Positions 52,208 to 64,000 of a DNA stretch of 64,000 bases are shown piece after piece. A program made the translations under genes and the position numbers. The stretch is from Paraspadella gotoi. Its lineage: Eukaryota > Animalia > Chaetognatha. The notes under the pieces are model-generated. The model had not been told where the DNA came from. It saw only the letters and a list, made by a program, of their open reading frames with translations, and did no database searches. The stretch covers positions 9,494,538-9,558,537 of the forward strand of contig CM119266.1 in the NCBI GenBank assembly GCA_051294375.1, read 5' to 3'. Position 1 is the first letter of the stretch. Every line of letters begins with the position of its first letter.

Positions 52208-54536
52208 TCAATGCAAATAGTAGGAGCCAACAAGTATCCGCGGGGTAGCGGACAACGACAAGGTCGAAGCTCCGATCCCGCTATCGGCTTCTCTCGTTTC
52301 TGTATTTTCAAGAAACCGATGATCCGATTCCTTTTCAAACTCGCTCTCCATTTCACGACAGTATTTCCTTCGACGTTTAAAAAAATGATATACGAGAACG
52401 AGGATTATCAAAGAGGCGAAGAAGCAAACGATGACGAACCAAGCCGAGTTGGGCGAAGTCGGGGTGCATTCCCTAACGTCGTCGCTCGCCTCACCGCATC
52501 CAAACTCGTTACACGGACGGACGGAGAAACTGTAACACGAGGCATCGCTCAAATTGGAGACGACGAGACTTTCTTTCGTCGACCACCGACGACGAGCAGC
52601 GAATGACGCGTTGTAGGCAAAAAAACGTTTGAGATTTCGGACGAGGATTAAGTAATCGACGCGTTCTCCTCGATCCTCGCAGGGAAGCCTTTCGAAGGTT
52701 AGTCGCACCGCGGACGAGTTGACGACGAAAACCCAGAGGATTTTGAGACTGCCTCCTTTTAACGCGGGACGTCGACCCTGACGATAAACGCACTCGTCTT
52801 TTCGCCAAAACAACAACGGAGCTTTTATGTCGCCTTTGTCGTCGTCCGTCAAAAAGGCCCATTTACGGTTAGGTAGAGGATTGAGTCCAACAAATTTTTT
52901 GCCAGATGGAGATATGCGAAAAAGCACAACGTCGACGCAACCCATCGGCGTTTCAACGCAAGTCAAAACGGTGAGTTCAACGGGCCGTTGTCGAGATTGG
53001 TCGCCGACGATGGAGACGTCGTAGCCATCTACTCGTTCCACGACGTGCAAATCCTTATCGTCCACAATCGATTCAAAATGAGGCAGAGAGACGTTGGCTG
53101 AGACGTTGGCGAGTCCGGCCTCGTTGCCGGGCGTGATCGAAACTTCGAAGACGCCGTCGGGAAATTCCAAGGAGAATCGGCGGAGGCAACTCCCATTACA
53201 AGACGTGCTGACGAAGAGATCGCGATCGCCGACCTTAAAGAGGTAGCTGGAGACGACCCCGTGGCAAAGATGCGAAGATGGATCGACAACGAGTAAAGAG
53301 ACCGAACAATTCGAAAGACGAGATGATTGACAAGAGAGATCGTCGGCCTCCACGGCGACCAAAGCGGGTGCGCCGTCTGGAGGAACGGTCAGAGTGTCGA
53401 AGGTGATCCGAACGGAAGGACCGTGGAAAAAACTGGGATTGGCGACGGTAGCGAGGAAGACCACGTATGTTGTACATGGTTCCAAACCAAACAAATCGAG
53501 ACGATTTTCGTAGGTTGTCAAATTTTTAATAACGCGGCCCAAAGACAATACGGAAATCATATAATGATGATAAACTTCCTCGGCGCGTAACTCACTGTTT
53601 ATGTCCCAACTCAATTTTGCAGAATGCGTCGTTCGGTGATCGACGGCGAAACCGCGGTTGATTCCGGGGGTGACCAAATCGGAGGGGACCAATGTATCCC
53701 ACGGTCCGCGAAATGTTTTCGAACGAAAAGTAACGACGATCACCCTGTAACGCAGATGCTCGCCTTTGTGAGCCGTGAACATGCATTCGGGGTATTGGGT
53801 AAATTTCCACAAGACGCTGGTTCCAACAACAGAGCGGTCGAACGAAAGGTTTTCGTCAAAGTGGAACTCGCACCGTCTATTTGTGGATCTCTTTTTTATG
53901 TTGAGATTGCGAGACTCTAAAAAGTATCGCGCCAACCGCGAGAAAGGTCTCCCGTGAAAGTCGAAGCGGGGTACGGAGATCGTGAAATTGATCGAGTCGA
54001 AATTGTCGACCACAAGTTTCTCCACTGACGGAATAACGAAGAAGGCCGTTTCAAGTTCTACGTGGCTGTCGGGATTGTCGCACGAGTCGAAGGCAGCCTC
54101 GACACGCTCACTGAAACCGCAGCAGAGCGTCTTCAATCGATTGGCGCCGCCACATTCGAGGCCAAGTCTGGCGGAAAAGACGCTCGAGTTCAGACGAACG
54201 AGGTTAACGGGGGCAAAGGCTTCTCCAGCGTATTCGCATTGCACGTCATCCTCGTTGAGCTGGGTCGCGTTGGGTGTCACCACTTCGAAGCTCACCTGAC
54301 GCAATATTAGAAAATATACTAACGGATTTCTCGGAAATACTAGGTCATTTCCAAGAAATATTCTAATATCAAATAACCATTGTTTAAATATTAACCTCAT
54401 TGCCAGTTTCATCGCAGAGAACGTGCAGATCTTCGCGGGGTGAGATCAATTTGATGCTCGGGCACGCGCAGCATCGTTCGAGTCGAAAAATTACGAGCAA
54501 AGCGAAAAAGTTCAGCGCTAGCCGAGATCCGTTCAT
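52208..54536 (-). CDS. Type I membrane protein with FN3 repeats (cytokine-receptor-like), short cytoplasmic tail
   Basis: Signal-peptide exon MNGSRLALNFFALLVIF joins the large exon in phase 0; FN3 signatures SAKLSW, LFGLEPCTTYVV, NLSDASCYSFSVRPCNEFGCG; TM WFVIVCFFASLIILVLVY; AATAAA just after the stop. Confidence 0.8.
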
Positions 54537-54630
54537 AATTTTCCAACCATTTCGAAAATGCCGACGGACTCAAACCTAGGGACGGACTGAAAACAACAAG
54601 GACAATAATAAATCAATAAATTAAGCCACT

Positions 54631-55626
54631 TCAAGACTTCCAATAAGCTTTAAAGCCCTTCGTTAAGTCCCTATACGGAGTATCGTGAGGCGAAGCTCGG
54701 GAACAAATGCCCAGGCTTCTCCGGACTCTGGGCGACATGAGGACGAAATTGTGGGCGAGGCCAACGAGGCCACTCGCCGTCCAATAGATCGGAACGGCGG
54801 CCGGCATTAGGTAGGCGAAGAATGGCATCACGACGGCGGAGAAGAATCGCAACACGTTGGTCACGAAACGCGCTCGTCCTCCCCTCTTTAACGGAGTTCC
54901 AGAAGAGTAGTACTTGTAAAGATTAATCTCGACCAGTGCCAGGTAGGTCAGTCCAAGCACGGCTGAGAGGATGAGGGAGTGATCGGGCGCGGCAAGGCTC
55001 GAGATCCACAACCAACCCTCGGTCGCCATCGCCTCTGGGGCCATGGGAACGCCATCTACCACATAGCTACCGCTCATGTTACGAAGAGAGCAGCTGAAGG
55101 AGAACCAGAGGGGCAGCTGAAAGGCGGGAATCACCAGGGGTTTGAGGGGGTGGCATCCTAACGCCGCGTACTGTTTCTTCATGTATCGCTTCCGCTCCTT
55201 GTTGAGGAGCTGCTCTTTGGACTTTTCTGTGGGAAAATACTCGGGCAGTCTCAGAGAGATTTCATGGATTTCCTGTATCAACCGGCGTCGGATCCCTTTA
55301 GCCTCAGTGTCTTCGTGGATAGCTTGGAGTCGGTCCTGGTTGACCTCGACAGCGGCTAGTAGTGGGAAGGTGACTAGGGTCCTCAAAGCTATCGTCGCCG
55401 CCACGATGGTCCAGCCTAACGAGAGGCCGGTGGAATCATGGAAGAGGGTCAGGTAGGACTGGGAGAGACCTATCGCGTTATTCCAGAGGGTCGGGTCCGG
55501 CGGCGACGAGGCGAAGAACGAGTCGTAGACGTATTGGCTTAGACCGCGATTAAGGACGACGACGGAAGCGGGATACCTGCCGGAGAGTTTTGGTAGAGAG
55601 AAGAGACGAGGGCGAATCGCATTCAT
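54631..55626 (-). CDS. COX18: COX18 (Oxa1/YidC family insertase), intronless
   Basis: HDSTGL..GWTIVAATIALR..VTFPL, GCHPLK....FQLPLW..S.SLRNM, EGWLWISSL..PD..LIL, YWTAS. Confidence 0.9.
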   Translation of the reverse strand: MNAIRPRLFSLPKLSGRYPASVVVLNRGLSQYVYDSFFASSPPDPTLWNNAIGLSQSYLTLFHDSTGLSLGWTIVAATIALRTLVTFPLLAAVEVNQDRLQAIHEDTEAKGIRRRLIQEIHEISLRLPEYFPTEKSKEQLLNKERKRYMKKQYAALGCHPLKPLVIPAFQLPLWFSFSCSLRNMSGSYVVDGVPMAPEAMATEGWLWISSLAAPDHSLILSAVLGLTYLALVEINLYKYYSSGTPLKRGGRARFVTNVLRFFSAVVMPFFAYLMPAAVPIYWTASGLVGLAHNFVLMSPRVRRSLGICSRASPHDTPYRDLTKGFKAYWKS

Positions 55627-56337
55627 CGCCGCGATGTCGATCAGCACTCGGCAGTTTATTTTAATAAATTATTTCCTTCTGCAAAATAAAGGTCATATAT
55701 GCGGCACTAAAGGCTCCAGATTTTCTCTTAATCGTCTTTGAATCAATATCTATCGGTTTTAAAACTGGAGAGTGAGCGATCAGTTGGCGCCAACGACAAA
55801 AGAACAATTTATGAAACCAGTTTTACTTAGTTCAGTACTACTCAAAACAAATCGTAATTGACATCTGTCCTATTGGACTGCAAGGAAGTGAAAAAATTAT
55901 TTGAGTCTCAAAATGATGAAACATTGTTGTTGGTGACAAAACGCTAAGATCACCATTTCTTAAATTCCAAGAATTCCTTCGAGTAACCTAAAAATAGCGT
56001 CCGTGAATAATAGAAAAAGTGGTTGTGAGTAACAGAAAATCCACTATCCTTTAATAAAAAAATAGTTTTTTCTTTTTTTTTTTAAACACTAAAAGAAATT
56101 TATCAAGAAAAAACCATCCATGGGTTTCAAAAATTTTATTCATTTAACATCATTACTAAATCACTTAATATGACAAATTTTCATCAAAAAAATAAAATAA
56201 GCCGAGAAAAAGAAAGAACATTTATGTTGAAAGAAAAAAATTAAACTAGATCATAATATTCGTTTTTTTGTTCTTTTAAGAACTAATTCGTATAAAGTGA
56301 AAACGATAAAATAAAACAACGAAAACATATATTCGAA

Positions 56338-57321
56338 TCAGATTTTTAGAACAAATTCCTCGTCATCCGGAAGTTTCATGAAATATTTTTGAACCCGGGA
56401 CAAACAAACATCTTCTATTTTTTCTGGATTCCAGGTCGGACTATTATCTTTATCAACTATAATGGCTCTAACACCTTCGGGAAAATCGTGATCGTTCAGG
56501 CAAGCTTGGCTCAGTCTGTATTCCATCAACAAAACCTCCTGTGAAAAAAAAAATGTAATTACCAAAAAAAAACCAACAACAAAAACGCCAAAATTCAATA
56601 TACCGATAGTGATAAGTTCGCTCCTCGTCTGATCAGTTCCAATGAGATTTTCAGAGACGTGGGTGACATCTTTCGAATATTATCAATTTGTTTTAACGCC
56701 CAAGGAGATCCTTCTTGTTCCAAATTTTGAACTATTTGCTCAATGGTTGCAGCTCCGAAAATCCGATCAATATTCGAGAGGTTATCCTAAATAATTAAAT
56801 TTTGACTATTACATTATATTTTGTAAATAATGGTAAAGTTTGATCAATCGACAAAACTTAAACACTGATTTTCACCAAATATTTTATTACTTGCAAGACA
56901 AAAGGTTTGTCAAGTTCTGTGGAACATGCTGAATGATAGGAGTCCAAAACCCGGGCGACGCTTTCAAAGCCTGGATTTTTTAGACTTTTCAGTTCATTTT
57001 CAATGAGATCAATGGAGGAAGAATCACAAAAATGTGTTGCGAGACCCGCCCTCTGCACGTCTCGCCCTTTAAGTCGAAAGCCTGTGATAATTAGAATTAT
57101 TTCAATACAACAGTTAATTTATGAATCTGAATTAATTAATTACCGGTCAAAGCGATGTATGTTCCCAACTGTCCTTTTAACCTTGGTAAGAAGTATCCGC
57201 CACCGACATCGGGAAATAATCCGATCGCCGTTTCGGGCATAGCAAAGACCGTCCTCTCCGTCGCCAGGCGAAACTTTCCATGAACAGATATCCCGACTCC
57301 ACCCCCCATCGTCACACCATC
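56338..57321 (-). CDS. HIBCH: 3-hydroxyisobutyryl-CoA hydrolase, 3' exons only
   Basis: [75 protein letters not shown]; acceptor at 57322 with no upstream HIBCH exon visible. Confidence 0.92.
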
Positions 57322-57468
57322 TTGAAAAAAAAAACAATCACGCATCAGAACAGTTGCCCAATCTTACATAAGTGCTATAAAAAACGGCGCTTAATGTTTT
57401 TTTATCTTTTCCGCTAACCTTTAGCAATATTTTAACCCCATTTTATATTTAACCCATTATGCCTTATT

Positions 57469-60400
57469 ATGAATCCCCCGGGTTCAAGTGTCTACATTGG
57501 CATAGCGGTAGTGGCGTTACTTGTTGCCTGCCGCGGATCTGGGGACTCAACAGGACTGAGCTATATTATTGACCAAATTGCTGGTTGCCAATGCTTTTGT
57601 TTCGATTTATTTTCCACGATTAATATATTTCCTTGCAACGATTTTAGACTTTTTACAAGTAAAAGATTTGGTTTAGACAGATATTTTAACATATTTTCGT
57701 GCAATGACCTGGGAATATTCTCAAAATGGATTGGTCTATGGGAAAGAACATTTACCGTAGTTCACTATATACCTGGGATATTCGCATTTTTGTTTGCGGT
57801 TTGCGTGTGCAATTGTGTTCTCCGATGCTTTCAGAAAATATACTTCGAAAAAGGTACGAATTAAATTTTATTGAAAATTATCTGAAACTTACTTTGTCTC
57901 CCCACTAAGGTAAATGTAAATGTTCAAAAAATACAAGATTAAATATTACAAATGGGTCCAACGAAATATCCACAATTATTCCATTATATTTTATCCCTGC
58001 TTACAAATTTATATGCCCATATTTTTTACGATACATAATATGGACAATTTTTATGACATGTTATTTATCGAGTGCTTTATTTTTTATTTATTTATGGAGC
58101 CTTTCTTTAAAACTTTGCCCACATTGGCTAGAAACAAGAATATATGGATTGAAAGAAAAATACCTTACGTTTATAAGCTGGCTTGAAAAGTTGGTAAGTT
58201 TGATTAATGAATATCCTAAATTATAAATATATGATTGATGATTGTCTATTAGAGTGACGTGAAAATGATAAAATTATAGAAAATTAAAATTTAGCATATA
58301 AAACATGAACATAAAAACCATTAAAAATACTTTGGTAAATTTATTTTTTAATTTTATACATTAGTGGGCACCAGTGAGCTATATTTATATATAGTAATAA
58401 GTATATAATAGGCTAAAATTTTAAAATACAAATTTTGTAATTTTTAGATCGGATTTGGATTCCTTGCAAAAAGTTAGTAAAAGAAAGTATAATTATTTTT
58501 TAAAAAATCTTTCATTAAGTTAGTTTTTTACATTTTTGACTATATTTAAGATACCGATTTTTAATTTCCAGCTTAAAAATATAGTTTTTTGTAATTTTAA
58601 CCTACTTAATGACATAACTTTTTAAAAATATTTATATTTTCTTTTATCAACTTTTAACGAGGAATCTCAATCTGTCCTCAGAATTAAAAAAAAAAACATT
58701 TTGAAATTTTGACATTATATAAGGGTAGTACTATATACAAAATAAGCTGACTGGGCTACTATATTTGTAAAAAAAGAAAAATAACTACAGATTAGTATTC
58801 ACTAATATGATAGTTTTCAAGATATAATTGCTAAATTTTAATTCCAAACTTTCACTTCACCCTATTGTCTATATTGTTTCAGATAGTACCTAATAATATT
58901 GAAACACATAACACGTGTTCGTGTGAATGCGGGAAAGATATCACTGATTTATGGGAGTGTATTTGGAAATGTATTTGGTGTACTTTATGTTCATTTTGCT
59001 CAGGCACAACAAAAACCCAGCCATGCGGTAAGCTATATAATTCTAAAATTTCAAGATTTTAAATCTAATCGTATTTTTGACCTAATATAGAAAAAACAAA
59101 ATGTAACTGCGACGAAAAAGACTCAATTGGTCCTGAGGGTGACAGGTAATTCAATCATTACAATTACTAATAAAAAATATCTTTTTCTTGGCTTATTTTT
59201 TGTTTACCTAAAATGTTTATATCATATAAAATAAAAGACAAAAAAGGGGTAAAAGGAAAAAAATTGTATTAATTTATAAAATGAGAAAATATAATGCGCC
59301 GATTTTTGTTGATTATCGGCCTATAGAGTGACCAATGCAAAATAAAATTATTACTATTAAGCTTTATATTAAGTACTTTTATTAATCACTTTTTACCCTT
59401 CAGCACTATAAAACAACCGGCAGAAAAGATATGTAGATGTGTATCTGAAACTAAATTTAGTAAAGAAACTTTCAAACATTATACCAAGTAAGATTAGAAA
59501 TTTACTTTTCTGAAATACAAACTACGCGCTTATCACTATTGTTTATATTTAGGGATATTGTACCACCACCTACTTTTGTTTGTTACCCTTGCACCGATCA
59601 ATCTGTTCAGAAATTGTGTTTGTGTCCGAGTAAAGCCGAAGTTAAAATGAAATCTCCAAAATCAGAAACATTAAAAAAACTTTATCCAAGTGCAGGAAAA
59701 TGTTATTGTAGCGATTACAAAGAAACAAAAAGAACGAGCTTAACGGCGATTAGCCAAATCTACAGAAAAACAGAAATTTCAAAAAGATTACCAAGGACAA
59801 ATTGCGATTGCATAATGATTGACAGAGAAAAACTATGTCACACATCAACTAAACTATTCTGTTTGCCAAGTCAACCAGACCAGGAGATGACACGACTTGA
59901 TCCAAATCCTTATAGAAACACTTGTAAAAAATCTCCTGTAAAAGTAATTCAAACAAATCCACCTCCATTAATCTCTCAGTTTCCGGACACGTTAAATATA
60001 ACATTACCAGAAAACAATTTTTTAATGTGCAGTAAAAATCCCAAAGAAGAATGTCAACCAGACTTACCTCGACGCCCACCTTCACCCGACAAATTCAAAT
60101 ATCCAGTAATATGTCCACCATGTGATAAACGAAATCTTCAGAGATCTTGTCAAATTAATAACCCTTGTTCAACGACTATTCAAAAGCCATTTCAAAATAC
60201 TGTGTTTCCAAACTACCTAGAATTAGAGCCTTACAATGTTAATTTTCCTCTTAATGGACCATCACCAACAAATCGACCTTTGAAAAATTGTGAGTGCGAG
60301 CAACAAGCACACAACACATACTGTCAAACTGAAATGGCCCAACCGTGTCAAAATATAAAAAATGAGAATTCTTTTATGGAACAGCAATACAAAAAAATTT

Positions 60401-63400
60401 GTGATGAAACAACTCCTGTTTGGTGTCCCGCATTCACCTTCGATGAAAAAATAGATGAATGTAATTGTATACAAGATAATTTTTGGTGTTTTAGGTCTCA
60501 AGTTCAAAACGTGCAATATGGGGATCAAAGGTATGTAACTAATCGTTCTAATGCTTTTTATTTAAATTTCTTTAAAAGTTTTAAAATTGTTTCGATGGGT
60601 AAAATGTTTTAGCATTCAGTCTCCAAAAAAATCAAGATTATAAAAATTGACGGAATTATTTTACCAAATTGACTAATTTTTAATGTTAAAATAACAAAAT
60701 TTTTATAGTCGAATTTCAAGATAAAAGTGGTTATTTAAATGCATTTTAACGAAATTAGATTGGATATAACTGAGCCATATCCTCAAAAAATTACTGAAAG
60801 GCTTTGGAAATCATTTTGCATGTGTGTTCCCTTTGCAAAACAAGATCTTTGCTACTGCAATAATGAAATCCCGCAAACCCCGAGGTACTAACTTTAAACG
60901 ACTAAACTTAAGCGATAATAAATATATAAATATAATATAAATATATAAATAATATTAATACACAGAATGGTAAAAATAATATTTTATTTTGAAAAAATGA
61001 TTTAAAATCCTTTAAATTTTAGATGCATTTTACAAAATTAAAATTACTTAACGTGATAAGATGTATACAATTTTATAGGCAAAATTACCGTGAAGATTTC
61101 CATCCAGGGAAGTTTAAATCTATTGTTCATAATGCCATCGAGGGTGCTGCGCAAAAAGCATTTTTGAATATTACTCCAAAAGATGGATCGGGAGACACTC
61201 CGTCAGGTTAACTTCATATAAACTGGAAGACCAATACAAATATAAATATCAAACGTTAATGATTCACTTATGGCAACTGGGAGACGTGTGTGACGCACGG
61301 TGTGTGATGCATTTCCAACAGCTGGACCTGCAGTGACCACCCCATGTCACTGGCGTGTTTATGCTATCACAATCACACAAAAATGGCAATAGAATTTTAC
61401 ATCTTTTAGAATTTTATTTTCTTAAAAAACAATTTTTATTTAAAATAAAAACAGACACGTTTCGACTCTATTTCGAGTCTTCATCAGCGCGTTTTAACAT
61501 TTGTATAAATTTCATAGCAAATTATGGGAGAAGAGAGAAAGAGATAGAGACCAAAGGTTTCCAACAAAGAAATTGAGAAAAGGGCAGTGATCAGAGGGAA
61601 GGACAGGATTTTTTTTGCAAGAAAGAAAGACAGGGGGAATGAGAGAGAGAAACCATAGATAATACATTTAGGCAATGTACAAATGTACAAATTTACCAAC
61701 AATTAGCTAGTGAGAAATAAATAATTAAATAGTTTGAAAAATGAAAATAATGAAATGTGAATAATTAGAAAGGGATAGCTAATTAAAACAATAGTGAAAT
61801 AAAGAGTAAGGAAAAAGCTCAAAATGAGCAGGCCCCCCACGGTTTTTCAAATGAATGACTCAGTGATCTCCTGGTGATAGGGGAGGGACAAGTGACCCAC
61901 GTTCTTAAGGCGCTTCTGCTTATCTTCCGCTTGCGCTTTGGTGGGCGCGGTCGGCTCTTCAGCAGCAAGCACCTCCCAAAGAGAGGGAGAGAGATACTGG
62001 GAAACTTGGACAGAGATTATAGGTTTTTATTTAAAATGACCTTAATATGGTATAAAACCAACAATATTATCACAATCCAGTTTATACTTAGATTAGCATA
62101 TTCTGGCATTCGATTTTTAGCCAGCGGGAAGTTGTTAGCAAACTTTGGGGAAAAAAAGTTCTAAAACGTAACATGTAACTAATTTCTCACATTTGAGCCC
62201 GAGGCATTCTTCATACCCCCCTCTAATAAGCAATATACTAAATTAGTTTTGCATAGATCTGTACTTTTTAAGGACTTTCCTGTCAAATGACATATAATAA
62301 GTTTTATTAAATAATTAATTAGTTTAAAAGCTTGCAGTATAGCAAGATAGCTTATTTATTAAATGAATGGTTAATTTTTATATTGGTTGTACCACTTTCA
62401 TAGTTTGTGTAATAAATTTTTACTTTGTGCCATTGCAATTGCTGGGGTGTGAATTTTATTGATTTCCTTCAAACAATTCAAGAGATATGCGATTATTTGT
62501 GAAAATAATACAATATGGCACAGCCGGGTTGCCTGTGATGCCCCTTGGGATGGGGCATCTCACTGTTGGCTTTGGGGGCTTCCGACCCTCAGTGACGCCT
62601 CCAGTCACTGGCGCGGTTACCCTAGGACGGTCTCGCTTTGCCAACGCAGAGGGAAGTCGTTAGGACTGTGGATGGAACACTACGCCTGGGATGGTGTGTA
62701 CCCCCTCTGAGCCAATGGATTTGGCTGAAGGATGATGGATGTGAGGCGGTGTGAATATACCGCCACAGGATCCGGGCCAAGACATCACTCAGGTTCCTCA
62801 AGCCTGAGAGGTGTCTGACAAGACTTACCATAGTGGGAGAGAGAGATACAGCGCGAGTTGTGGGGGCATAGGCGTTTGTTGTAGCGTACCCCAGGGACAT
62901 AGGCGTTTGTGTAGCGTACCCAAAGTCGGCAGGGCATAGGCGTTTGTCGTAGCGTACCCTGAGAAGGTTGCGTGTTCGATAGTAGGGCTCACCACTTATG
63001 GCAACAGCCGGGTTGCCTGTGAAGCCCCTTGGGATGGGGCATCTCACTGTTGGCTTTGGGGGCTTCCGACCCTCAGTGACGCCTCCAGTCACTGGCGCGG
63101 TTACCCTAGGATGGTCTCGCTTTGCCAACGCAGAGGGAAGTCGTTAGGACTGGATGGAACACTACGCCTGGGATGGTGTGTTCCCCCTCTGAGCCAATGG
63201 ATTTGGCTGAAGGATGATGGACGTGAGGCAGTGTGAATATACCGCCACAATTTGATTCCGAACCCTCTATATCTGGTATTGAACTTCAGGTGCTGAAATC
63301 GATAAAAGTTTATATCGTGATATGTGCAACTGCAAAGCAAGAGATTTACGAACCAAATCCTACTTTGATCTGAAAAACATACCATTAGGTACGATATTGA

Positions 63401-64000
63401 CATTCTGACCAGAGTTGATTTTTAAATAAAATGGTTTGCTGCGTTAATTTTCATAAATATAATAATAATAATAACCTATTTTTTAAATAAACTAACATGG
63501 AATATTTATTTTTCCCCATTTTTAAATTATTAAGAAAATGATACAATTTGTAGATGCATTCCAAACCGACAAAGAGAGGATAAGACTCCTGCAGAGCAAA
63601 GGTGTATCTGTCCTCAAGATTCAATTCCCACTCCGATTGCGCAACCTTTACCTCCAGAACAAATAAGCGAAGTCAAACCCTCAGAGATTAAACAATTCTA
63701 TAATAACATACCATTATGCACCTGCATTCCGGATTATAACCCAACTCAACATTTGCCAATAAATCATATGCCATCAAGAGCAGATATATTAAAAAGAGGC
63801 TCTATAGTAAAGGAACAATATGCTTCTAACCCAATTTATCAAAAACCTGAAAATTTACAACCACCATTACTCGCGCATAAAGAACTAAGTGAGGCACCGA
63901 CGGCTGCCGTGCCTATCGAGGAAAAACGAAAAGAAGAGCCATACTCAGAAAAGGTTACATTTACTCATGAGCCAAAAACAGAACCAATGACAAAAACATC
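57469..64000 (+). CDS. Orphan multi-exon Cys-rich (CxC-repeat) membrane protein, runs off the window
   Basis: About 11 exons chain in phase (approx. 57469-57852, 57910-58193, 58448-58471, 58883-59027, 59091-59145, 59404-59487, 59553-60530, 60759-60884, 61079-61207, 63290-63388, 63535-end); N-terminal hydrophobic segments; recurrent CSC/CNC/CRC/CDC/CEC. Confidence 0.7.
61451..61490 (-). ncRNA. Minimal type I hammerhead ribozyme at the end of a PLE-like remnant (remnant extends to ~61850 or beyond)
   Basis: GCG-CTGATGA-A-GACTC-gaaata-GAGTC-GAAAC-GT-GTC-TGT followed by AATAAA. Confidence 0.75.
62342..62402 (-). repeat. Dispersed ~60 bp repeat (copy 3 of 3)
   Basis: Reverse complement of the 15752 and 31028 copies. 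Confidence 0.8.
62514..63249 (-). mobile_element. TRIM-like non-autonomous LTR retrotransposon
   Basis: Near-identical direct repeats 62514-62767 and 62997-63249 (minus strand TGTGGC...GCCATA); ~230-bp internal region with three ~28-bp tandem repeats (62864-62960); PBS TGGTGAGCCC 2 nt after the 5' LTR. Confidence 0.85.
62962..62994 (-). other. Extended primer-binding site complementary to the tRNA-Trp 3' half
   Basis: Plus strand agaaggttgcgtgttcga..gggctcacca resembles the metazoan tRNA-Trp 3' end as recalled (AGAAGGTTGCGTGTTC.AATCACGTCGGGGTCACCA). Confidence 0.7.

Noticed and set aside
62864-62960. Three ~28-bp repeats resembling CRISPR repeats
   Set aside because: Spacers are only 1-10 nt and the repeats lie inside an LTR element.
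62962-62994. tRNA-Trp gene
   Set aside because: Only the 3' part including CCA is present, adjacent to an LTR; it is a primer-binding site.
62456-63403. ORFs of 62-168 aa such as MAKRDHPRVTAPV
   Set aside because: They are duplicated because they lie in GC-rich LTRs; no gag/pol motifs.

Overview
Compact-genome invertebrate metazoan DNA with many 50-100 nt GT-AG introns; no prokaryotic features. About 18 protein-coding genes were reconstructed by hand. The 14 on the minus strand are RSPH4/6, furry (only its 5' part), NUDT9, a chitin-binding-domain/NIPSNAP fusion, C/EBP, uridine phosphorylase, SNAP-25, SMYD5, UBE2Z, ARMC10-like, ASZ1, an FN3 membrane protein, COX18 and the 3' part of HIBCH. 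The 4 on the plus strand are a Src-like kinase, an SLC22 transporter and two orphans; three of these four appear to sit inside introns of minus-strand genes. Main points of interest: (1) an apparently secreted CBM14-NIPSNAP fusion; (2) furry stops at an open splice donor, with RSPH4/6 (same strand) and the Src-like gene lying where its intron would be; (3) a tightly packed minus-strand gene run with splice acceptors just upstream of start codons, suggesting operons or SL trans-splicing; (4) a dispersed family of Penelope-like fragments carrying minimal hammerhead ribozymes; (5) a TRIM-like mini LTR element with an extended tRNA-Trp primer site. Exon boundaries were read manually and gene names come from recognised motifs, not database searches.
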